Below, one piece after another: positions 24,954 through 32,125 of a DNA stretch of 32,125 nt. Position 1 is the stretch's first letter. Every line of letters starts with the position of its first letter. Under the pieces are notes generated by a model, which was not told the DNA's origin, did not search any database, and worked only from the letters and a program-made list of their open reading frames with translations. Made by a program: the position numbers and the translations under genes. This stretch comes from a virus (Duplodnaviria > Caudoviricetes): the IMG/VR virus record IMGVR_UViG_3300020045_018670, positions 1 through 32,125 of that record. One strand, written 5' to 3'.

Positions 24954-27176
24954 TTATCTGTTAGATTTTAATAATTTCCATTGTCCTTTTCCGTTTGGCT
25001 TGAGGTTGAAAAGGAAACCTTTTTCTTTTTCGTTGTCCTCGTTGATGAATTCTACCAATCCGTAGAAATTCATTATTTCCTTGCCTCGAATGACCGTTTT
25101 TCCTTCCACCATTTGCATAATCTTGAAATTGCAAGCGTGTTCAAACTCTATCCATTCCGGGAAGAAACGAGCTCTCATCAGTTCGGAATTGATGATGTTG
25201 CCATTCTCGGCATATTCCGGTTTACCAATGAATTTTGTTTTCAGTTGGCTGTTGGCCACGGAACTGCCATAACGCACATAATCCGTCAAGTACTTTTTGA
25301 AACCACCACCAAACCACCACGAATGGCGAATCATACAATTGAATGGTGAAAATCTCAAATTGGTGGCACTTGATGGGTCGAAAACTCCTGTTGGTTCTTT
25401 CTCGAAATCATCCTGCCATTTACGTTGCTCGAACATTCCAAACAAACCTCTTTTCAAGTCCATCAAAAAATTGTCATTATCATAAGGCGTGTCTTCGGTA
25501 TCGTTCAACGATTTGGGTTTACGTCTGGCAAATTCAGGACCATAATTATCGGTTCTGAACTTTGATATTTTGGTATAAGTTCCTTTGAGCCTATTAATAA
25601 CCGTTGTGTAATTGGATTTGGTGTTGTATTCGTCCAATCCCATCGCTTCTTCGTAGGTACCACCTTTTTCACTGCCAAACTCCAAGGATGAATAATAATA
25701 CTCCGTGGCCACGGAACGTTTTACTTTTTTAACTTGGTTCGGTAATCGAATGGTCACGTTGTTGTTGTAGAAAAAAGCCAGATCTTCCATTCGGACACGC
25801 TCTTTGTTGCCTATTGTTTCAATGCCAATTCCCACGTTCAAAACAGCATCCAACGAGGTAACAACATCTTTCACGGATGTAGTCAACGGCTTGAAAAGGT
25901 TTTCGATTTTGGAAGTTGTCGCGGTGGCTTCAGCTGGCAATGGCAGTTTGTCGAATTGTCGAATCCAGAAACCGTGTGTTCCGGCAATCAATGATCCCGG
26001 TCCATCTGCTGCATAACCCAAATCAGTCCTTCCTAATAATTCAGAATAAAAAGCATTTTCTTGCCCTGTTGCAATGGTTACCAATCTATCCATTAATTCG
26101 TGTGCCAAAACCGCATTGGTAGTTGATTTTTCGTGGAATGAATCTTCTTCAACAAATAAAGAACCTGTGATGTTTGATAAATTAACGGACATTTTTGCGT
26201 TTCCACTTACCTTGAAATCGGCTTTCTCGAATGCTTCAATTGCCAAACTTTCGCCAGATTCCACATCGATGGTACCCTCATAATTTATGGAATAGGTGTT
26301 TTCAATCGCTCCACCAATCGCATCTTTTGAACCCAATGAAAACAAGGGAATCCTTGTCGGTGTGTTATAGTCAACACCATTTTTGAATTTCGTCAGGTTG
26401 ATGCTGAAAGTGGACCAATCAATATGATCCTGGTGTGCATCAAATTTGAAGGTGAAATTTGTTTTGATGTGAAGTGTTCTCTTTTTATCGGAATTAGCAA
26501 AGAACATCATTCCGGTAGTTCCCACGTTTTCATTAGCCGTGTTGCCGGACAAAACATCCTGAACTTGTTCGTGGGATCTGTTGATTAACGCCAAAGGCAT
26601 TCCAGCCGTCTGGTCTCGGGTGTTTCCACCATTTGATTCACAATACAGGCTCAACGAATTATCGTTTGATTTGGTTTCAAATTTCGATTTCAAGAATATT
26701 CTTCGACCGTCCAAAGGCACCGTAATTGGCACTAAATCTGGAATTGTTTTACCGTCGATGGTGGTGGTTCTGTCAATCTCCACGCTTTCGGTTTCTTTGG
26801 CTTTCAGAACCTGCTCCAAACCTCCAGAATTGAACTTGATGGATACTTGGTTGTTCTCTTTTTCATAAGTAGACAGGTCAAGATATCCGGAATAAGTCAG
26901 TGTCCATTCGTCTGTTTGTGGGTGTTTTTCCTCCCGAATCAATTTGATATCGGCATTGATTCCCTCGATGTCGTAAACCAACTGAATGAATTCTTTACCG
27001 CTGCCAATGTATTTTGATGAATTGGAAAAACGAGACAGAATACCGTGGTACTGTTCGTGGCGTGCCAATTCTTTTTCATCAGAACGCCATCCAACAGGCT
27101 CTTCGATAATTAAAGAGCCTTGGTTTTTGTTAAATAAGGTGTATCGAACCCTGTCGTAGTAGTTTAGATTTCCCAT
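24954..27176 (-). CDS. Tail tip/hub protein
   Basis: 740 aa directly after the TMP; EPVGW and YSGYLDL motifs remembered from Bacteroidota siphovirus post-TMP proteins. Confidence 0.7.
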   Translation of the reverse strand: MGNLNYYDRVRYTLFNKNQGSLIIEEPVGWRSDEKELARHEQYHGILSRFSNSSKYIGSGKEFIQLVYDIEGINADIKLIREEKHPQTDEWTLTYSGYLDLSTYEKENNQVSIKFNSGGLEQVLKAKETESVEIDRTTTIDGKTIPDLVPITVPLDGRRIFLKSKFETKSNDNSLSLYCESNGGNTRDQTAGMPLALINRSHEQVQDVLSGNTANENVGTTGMMFFANSDKKRTLHIKTNFTFKFDAHQDHIDWSTFSINLTKFKNGVDYNTPTRIPLFSLGSKDAIGGAIENTYSINYEGTIDVESGESLAIEAFEKADFKVSGNAKMSVNLSNITGSLFVEEDSFHEKSTTNAVLAHELMDRLVTIATGQENAFYSELLGRTDLGYAADGPGSLIAGTHGFWIRQFDKLPLPAEATATTSKIENLFKPLTTSVKDVVTSLDAVLNVGIGIETIGNKERVRMEDLAFFYNNNVTIRLPNQVKKVKRSVATEYYYSSLEFGSEKGGTYEEAMGLDEYNTKSNYTTVINRLKGTYTKISKFRTDNYGPEFARRKPKSLNDTEDTPYDNDNFLMDLKRGLFGMFEQRKWQDDFEKEPTGVFDPSSATNLRFSPFNCMIRHSWWFGGGFKKYLTDYVRYGSSVANSQLKTKFIGKPEYAENGNIINSELMRARFFPEWIEFEHACNFKIMQMVEGKTVIRGKEIMNFYGLVEFINEDNEKEKGFLFNLKPNGKGQWKLLKSNR

Positions 27177-27181
27177 GTGCT

Positions 27182-30100
27182 TTACCAGTTAGTGTTTCTC
27201 ATTTTCCACAAATGATGGTTAATGTCGAATCCAGGCATATTGATTGTGGATCCATTTTTTTGTCTTTTAATCGCCTCGGTGTTGCGTTTTAATTCTTCGA
27301 GCATTTCCTTTCCATATTTTTCCTCGTTTTGCATTGCCTGAAAATCATTCATTAATCGTCCATCATTTTTGAAACCATTCAAAACGGAAGCCCTCATATA
27401 AGCCTGGTAATCGCCAATGGATTTATGCACGATATCGCCTTGGTTCAAATGTGTAAGCGTTGGAATGTTTGGTGTCAATCTTGGATTCAAACCTCTTGAA
27501 CTTGTAATAACCTCACTTACTCCACCGTCACCAACCCAAGCCGTTTCCGCTTTTCCACCTTTACGACCATCCTTGTATTTAGGAATTGGCGTGGCGATGA
27601 TTGCCCCGATTTGAACTGCTCCAAGAACTCCGGCCAATATTGCCATTGCAGGACCCATCGGAAGGAATGGCATAGTATTCAAACCGTTCAAAATAGCCAA
27701 TGCTGTTGCAATTCCGGCTTGTGCCAATGCCGTGGCTTTGTTGAAAACCGCCTGTTTGTGTTGTTCCTTACGCTTCTTTTTCTCTAATTCTTCGTTCTTT
27801 TTTTCGCGTTCTTTTTGAAGCAAAGTCTTTTGACGTTCATCGTTTCCGGCCAGCTCAATTTGTTTGTTGTAATACTCATCGTTTTTGGCAATTTCCTCTT
27901 CGATGTTTTGAATCTTTCTTTCAAAAACAGCGTTTCCAAGATCTGTTAATGCACCACTTAATGAGGACGACATTTCCAGAATCATTTCGGTTTTCTCCCT
28001 TTCGGTCAAGACTTCTTTGTCGTTATTCTTTTTGTTGGTGCTTACCTCAACCTCCGATAAATCCAGTTTGGCCTTGCTTAATGTTTCGGCAATTTTCTGT
28101 CTTTTGTCTGCCGATATTTGCTCATTTGCCGGAAGCGCATCACTCGCTGCTAATTCTGTTTCAAGGTTTTTAATTTGAAGTTTCAGCGCATCGATGGCAT
28201 ACTTTTTCTTGATTTCATAAACCCTTTTTTCGTGGTCCTCGATGGCGTTTTCACGATCCATCAATGACAAGGCTTCCAGATCTCCCAATTCTGCAAATCT
28301 TTTGTTCTCGGCTTCCAATTCGGCATTTTGTGCCACATTGAGTTTGGAAACTTTGTCCTCTAATTCTTTCTGGTATTTTGCTTCATCAAAGACCTTGATT
28401 TTATCGATTTCCTCTACCGTCTTTTTCTCGATGTCAACGATTTTGTTGGCAGCTTCTTCCTTGATTCTTATTTTCTCGTTGGATGATAATTTGTCTTTGT
28501 CCAAAACGAATTTGTCAGCATCCAAGGAATGTTTTTTGGTTAACTCGGCCAGTTCGACCTGCTTTTTTTGGCTGTTCAAAGCTGCTGCAATACGTACCTC
28601 ATCGCTCAATTTTTCATCCACTGCGATATCTCCATTTATCTTGATGGTACGTTCCAAGCGTTGTTTTTGCAATTCATACAAAGCATCGGATAGTTTTTTG
28701 GCTCTATCCAAGGCTTCTTTTGCTGCTTTGTCTTCTGCTTTTGAATTTATATCGGTAGAATTTGCATCCGCTTTCGGTGGTTTTGCTGTTCTTTGTTGGA
28801 TAAATCCCTTTACTGTGGCATTTTCTGCACCGGCAAAAGTGGTCTTGTTGTTTAATGCAGCGATTTTCTTCTGATTGTCTTCAATCATTTTCTTCCTTTT
28901 GCCACTATTGAAGAAAGAATCGTCTGCAGCTATTTTTTTATTGATTTTTTCCAACTCCAAAGCTGCTCTGGTGTTCTCTTTGATTTCGGCATTGTTCCAG
29001 GCAACTACGTTTTCCAAATCTTGCAAACTTCGTTTGTTCTTGTCGGAATAGTTTTTAATGGCGCTGTCAGCTCCTTCTTTCCTGATTTTTGCCAATTCTC
29101 TTTCACGAAGCACTTCTGAAGAAGTGAACAGATCATTTGTTTTTTCCAATGTCAAAGCCAAATCATCAAGAAGCCATTTCAATGCACCACCGGCACCGTT
29201 TCCTTTTTCGGATAAACTCAATACAAAACTTCCCCAAGCACTTTCCAACAAATCAAGTGAGCCCGTCAAGGTGTCCATTCTGGTATTGGCTTGCTCCAAT
29301 GCTGTTCCGTTCTCGTTCATTTTTTCCGTTAACTCTTTCAATCTATCGGTATGACCCAAAACATTCAAAGCTGCCGTGGCATTCTCCAAACCAAAGATTT
29401 TAACGATGGAAGCATTGTCTTTCAACAACGGTTTCAATAATTCCAGTTTTTGTTGAATAGGAATGGATTTGTCTTTCAAGGTTTCCAATGAAATACCCAA
29501 TCTGGCGAATTCTTCCTGTGCTCTTTTTGGCAAAGCATCTGGAGCACTAATTTTCAATAATACGTTTCTTAAAGCGGTTCCGGCATCGGCTCCCTTGAGT
29601 CCGTTTTCTGCCAACAACTCAATCAAAGCCGTACTTTCTTGAATGCTTACATTTGAAGTACGTGCAACGGCTCCAAATTTCAATAAGGCTTCCGTAACTT
29701 GCGGGATTTCTGCAGCACCAAACTTGGCACCATTCGCCAATGCATCCACGAATACAGTTGCTTGTGAAGCATCAGCCCCAAATTGGTTCATAGCATCTGT
29801 CAAGGCAATGGCAGCATCCGGCATTTCCATTCCAGAAGCTTGTGCCAAAGTCAAAACGGCTTCGGTTACTTGGTTCAATGCAGATACATTTTCGAGTAAT
29901 TCAGGTTTGGCAGAAGCAATCAGTTTATAGGCTTCGACCACTGCAACCGCACCGCCTTTTGTTCCTTTACCTAATTCAATGGCTTGGTTCTTCAAATAGT
30001 CCAAGTCTTTACCTGTTGCTCCTGTGATGGCGCTCAAATCGGCAAGGGCTTGATCAAACTGTTTGATGGTATCGAAAGCGTTTTTCAAAACCGATGCAAA

Positions 30101-30796
30101 CAAGGCAATACCTCCAACCAATCCGAAAGCGCCCACAAGGTTTTTAAGCCCAGAGGTAAGACTTGCTAATTTGGGATAGTTACCTACCGTTTTGTGAAAG
30201 TCACCAACTGCATGATCTGCTTTTCGAACACGAGCATCCAATCTTGCAAATTCTGCTTCCGCTTTTTTAACAGCTTCGGTGTTTTGATTTTCGGCACTTA
30301 ACAGATCCAGCAAATTCCTTTTGGCTATAGTTCGCTGTAGATTCAACTTCGTGTAAGCCGTGGTCATTTTGCTGGACAGGATGGCCTGTTCTTTTGCTAA
30401 TCGATTACTTTGTTCAATTGCCAATCTTTCTTCAACTGATAGCTTCGTTCCTGCTTTTATGGCAGCTTGTTTTTTATTGGCAACTTCCAAAGCCAATTTT
30501 TCCGTTCTCAAGGCTTCTTGTCTTACCTTTTCCAAATTGGTTTCGGCAATTTGTTGCTCTTTCAACGTTACAATGGATTGCTCTGACAATAGTTTTACTT
30601 CGTTTTTTTGCTTGATAAACTCGGTTTGGTTCTCGCTTCGACGTAGTTTTACGTTTGCTTCATTCAGCAAAACAATTGTGTCTACAAATTCCCTGTTTTT
30701 GGCAATTGCATCATTCAGGTTTTTGGCATAATCATCACCCCAACGCAATGCATCGTCCGTGATTATGTCTTTTCGGGTTATCGTTCCTTCTGCCAT
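27182..30796 (-). CDS. Tape measure protein (TP901-family core)
   Basis: 1204 aa helical; FDQALADLSAITGATG, GLKGADAGTALRNVL, LESAW motifs; hydrophobic segments near both ends. Confidence 0.95.
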   Translation of the reverse strand: MAEGTITRKDIITDDALRWGDDYAKNLNDAIAKNREFVDTIVLLNEANVKLRRSENQTEFIKQKNEVKLLSEQSIVTLKEQQIAETNLEKVRQEALRTEKLALEVANKKQAAIKAGTKLSVEERLAIEQSNRLAKEQAILSSKMTTAYTKLNLQRTIAKRNLLDLLSAENQNTEAVKKAEAEFARLDARVRKADHAVGDFHKTVGNYPKLASLTSGLKNLVGAFGLVGGIALFASVLKNAFDTIKQFDQALADLSAITGATGKDLDYLKNQAIELGKGTKGGAVAVVEAYKLIASAKPELLENVSALNQVTEAVLTLAQASGMEMPDAAIALTDAMNQFGADASQATVFVDALANGAKFGAAEIPQVTEALLKFGAVARTSNVSIQESTALIELLAENGLKGADAGTALRNVLLKISAPDALPKRAQEEFARLGISLETLKDKSIPIQQKLELLKPLLKDNASIVKIFGLENATAALNVLGHTDRLKELTEKMNENGTALEQANTRMDTLTGSLDLLESAWGSFVLSLSEKGNGAGGALKWLLDDLALTLEKTNDLFTSSEVLRERELAKIRKEGADSAIKNYSDKNKRSLQDLENVVAWNNAEIKENTRAALELEKINKKIAADDSFFNSGKRKKMIEDNQKKIAALNNKTTFAGAENATVKGFIQQRTAKPPKADANSTDINSKAEDKAAKEALDRAKKLSDALYELQKQRLERTIKINGDIAVDEKLSDEVRIAAALNSQKKQVELAELTKKHSLDADKFVLDKDKLSSNEKIRIKEEAANKIVDIEKKTVEEIDKIKVFDEAKYQKELEDKVSKLNVAQNAELEAENKRFAELGDLEALSLMDRENAIEDHEKRVYEIKKKYAIDALKLQIKNLETELAASDALPANEQISADKRQKIAETLSKAKLDLSEVEVSTNKKNNDKEVLTEREKTEMILEMSSSLSGALTDLGNAVFERKIQNIEEEIAKNDEYYNKQIELAGNDERQKTLLQKEREKKNEELEKKKRKEQHKQAVFNKATALAQAGIATALAILNGLNTMPFLPMGPAMAILAGVLGAVQIGAIIATPIPKYKDGRKGGKAETAWVGDGGVSEVITSSRGLNPRLTPNIPTLTHLNQGDIVHKSIGDYQAYMRASVLNGFKNDGRLMNDFQAMQNEEKYGKEMLEELKRNTEAIKRQKNGSTINMPGFDINHHLWKMRNTNW

Positions 30797-31407
30797 TATT
30801 TGCGGTTTTTAGCGTTGTTTTTTTCGATGGCTGCTACTTTATGCTTCACTTGATGTTCCAGTGATTTGAATTTTTCCACCGATATGGTGTAGAAATCAAA
30901 ATCATATCCCAAGACCGAAGAGTAACTGGCCATAAGATCAATGATTGAACTATTCTTGTTTTCGGTTCCCGGTGCTTCGACCTTTGGAAGCCCTTGCTTG
31001 AGTTGGTTTATTTTTTGGATGATTCCTTTGCTTTCACGCTCCACACGTTCCAGATCATCGTTGTAGTTTTCGTCACGGAAACGGTATCCGTAATCGTGAA
31101 GAATTGAAATCAATTTTTGGGAAACATCAAACTTCAAGGCTTCGACGATGCACTGTATTTCAAAATACTTCTTGTCCAGGTACTCGATTTCTTTGGAAAG
31201 ATTGAAAACCTTGTCGCTGTTTTGCTTGTTGTATTTTTTCTGGTACCGTTCGTTCAATTCATTCCAGATGGCGGTCAATTCATCGATTTGAATGGCCGTT
31301 AATTTCTCAATAGGTGTTTCTTCATCCAAAAGCAATGAAACATTCTCTGTTTCCAGAATTTCGATATAAGTGACCATTGGTAGTTTTCGGAGCGTTCTAT
31401 AAATCAT
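30796..31407 (-). CDS. Putative tail assembly chaperone
   Basis: Start at ATG 31407 (ATGA overlap with upstream gene), TAATG overlap with the TMP; function from position. Confidence 0.65.
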   Translation of the reverse strand: MIYRTLRKLPMVTYIEILETENVSLLLDEETPIEKLTAIQIDELTAIWNELNERYQKKYNKQNSDKVFNLSKEIEYLDKKYFEIQCIVEALKFDVSQKLISILHDYGYRFRDENYNDDLERVERESKGIIQKINQLKQGLPKVEAPGTENKNSSIIDLMASYSSVLGYDFDFYTISVEKFKSLEHQVKHKVAAIEKNNAKNRK

Positions 31408-31853
31408 AATCCTAATTGTTTGCGGTTGTAATTCATTACGAATGGTTTGATTTTGGTGTCGATTACATCTTTTAAATTCTCGTCTGTCAATCCATAAAGA
31501 CTTTGGGAAAGCCAATGTGGACTGTCGTGGATATCATCGGCTTTGGGGTCTGTAGAACCAAAGAAAAACACATCATCGAGGACGGTTACGTAAAATTTAT
31601 CCAACCAATTGCCAGTATCTTTTCCGGTGAAAGGCGTGCCCCATTCTTTTTGTCCGTTGGTCAATATGTCCGTAGCTTTGGAATAGAACCCAATGGCTTT
31701 TCCATAAATATCCTGACTGTCTTTGTTGATTTGGGCTTTGTTCAATTCCACCATGTACTCACTGACCGATTTTATGAATGCAAACAATTCCCTGGAAAGG
31801 ATTTCAGGACTGATGCTTTTTGATCGCTCTAACTGTTGTTGGAATGTGGCCAT
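31404..31853 (-). CDS. Putative tail completion / morphogenesis protein
   Basis: 149 aa; G..IGFYS.AT, KDTG.W, YGLTDEN motifs; position in tail module. Confidence 0.6.
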   Translation of the reverse strand: MATFQQQLERSKSISPEILSRELFAFIKSVSEYMVELNKAQINKDSQDIYGKAIGFYSKATDILTNGQKEWGTPFTGKDTGNWLDKFYVTVLDDVFFFGSTDPKADDIHDSPHWLSQSLYGLTDENLKDVIDTKIKPFVMNYNRKQLGL

Positions 31854-31862
31854 ATTTGGTAT

Positions 31863-31902
31863 AAAAAAAAGAGGCTAAACCATCAGATGATTTTAGCCTC
31901 TT
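31863..31902 (-). terminator. Intrinsic terminator within late operon
   Basis: AAGAGGCTAAA (31869-31879) / TTTAGCCTCTT (31892-31902) stem followed by a T tract on the - strand. Confidence 0.75.
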
Positions 31903-31922
31903 GTTCAATAAAATTTTTTATT

Positions 31923-32004
31923 CTATTTTTCTTCTTCCGCAACTACTTCATCGGTAGCTGGTTTTTTGGTAGCGATTTTAAACGCTTTTTTTAGCTCTAT
32001 CAGC
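31923..32004 (-). CDS. C-terminal fragment of a small late gene, cut by the terminal junction
   Basis: Hand translation ...LIELKKAFKIATKKPATDEVVAEEEK*; 5' part replaced by duplicated TMP sequence. Confidence 0.55.
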
Positions 32005-32125
32005 CTTTACCTGTTGCTCCTGTGATGGCGCTCAAATCGGCAAGGGCTTGATCAAACTGTTTGATGGTATCGAAAGCGTTTTTCAAAACCGATGCAAACA
32101 AGGCAATACCTCCAACCAATCCGAA
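32005..32125. repeat. 121-bp exact direct copy of 30007-30127 (internal TMP sequence)
   Basis: CTTTACCTGTTGCTCC...CCAACCAATCCGAA identical at both positions. Confidence 0.95.

Larger units (their letters stand above)
1..32125. mobile_element. Temperate siphovirus-like phage of a Bacteroidota (Flavobacterium-like) host; partial genome in excised (attP-intact) configuration
   Basis: Replication/recombination, cro/cI, integrase, lysis, tail and tape-measure modules in lambdoid order; no host housekeeping genes; phage genes on both sides of the att core. Confidence 0.93.

Noticed and set aside
27417-30731. Long + strand ORFs opposite the tape measure gene (also those opposite the ATPase and helicase)
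   Set aside because: Antisense shadows of strongly coding genes, Ser/Phe/Leu-rich and without motifs
31980-31995. A-run (CTA AAA AAA GCG on - strand) as tail-chaperone frameshift site
   Set aside because: The gene is truncated and is followed by a stop and a terminator; no supported extended frame seen
30007-32125. 121-bp repeat as DGR template, terminal repeat or att site
   Set aside because: Copies are identical, one lies inside the TMP coding sequence and the other at the contig edge; no match to the window start

Overview
The window is most of a temperate, siphovirus-like phage genome from a Bacteroidota host, probably Flavobacterium-like (TAnnTTTG promoter elements, Gln-ended signal peptides, AT-rich leaders without Shine-Dalgarno sites). 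Left to right: a + strand PcfK/PcfJ-like block that looks inverted relative to the rest (1-~1730); a - strand early operon (truncated RuvC-like gene, replication initiator with iteron-like repeats, SF2 helicase, NinB-like protein, DEDDh exonuclease, a beta-barrel-like membrane protein, MBL hydrolase, RecT, Rad50/SbcC-like ATPase); a cro/cI switch; lysogeny genes; an intact attP-like site carrying a tmRNA/tRNA-Ala-type 3' end; a tyrosine integrase; then on the - strand a lysis cassette, a tail-fibre/adhesin module, an opposite-strand three-gene moron, two tail-tip proteins, the tape measure protein and tail assembly genes. Head and terminase genes are not in the window. The best candidate for something undescribed is the receptor-binding module. 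Two coupled fibre/adhesin-like genes (19745-21163, 18018-19748) both start with Sec-type signal peptides, and the module is cut off from the tail operon by terminators. It has its own promoter-like element next to a perfect 23-bp palindrome resembling the flavobacterial Fur box. Both window ends show probable chimera or assembly junctions. All family assignments come from motif recognition by eye; no searches were run.
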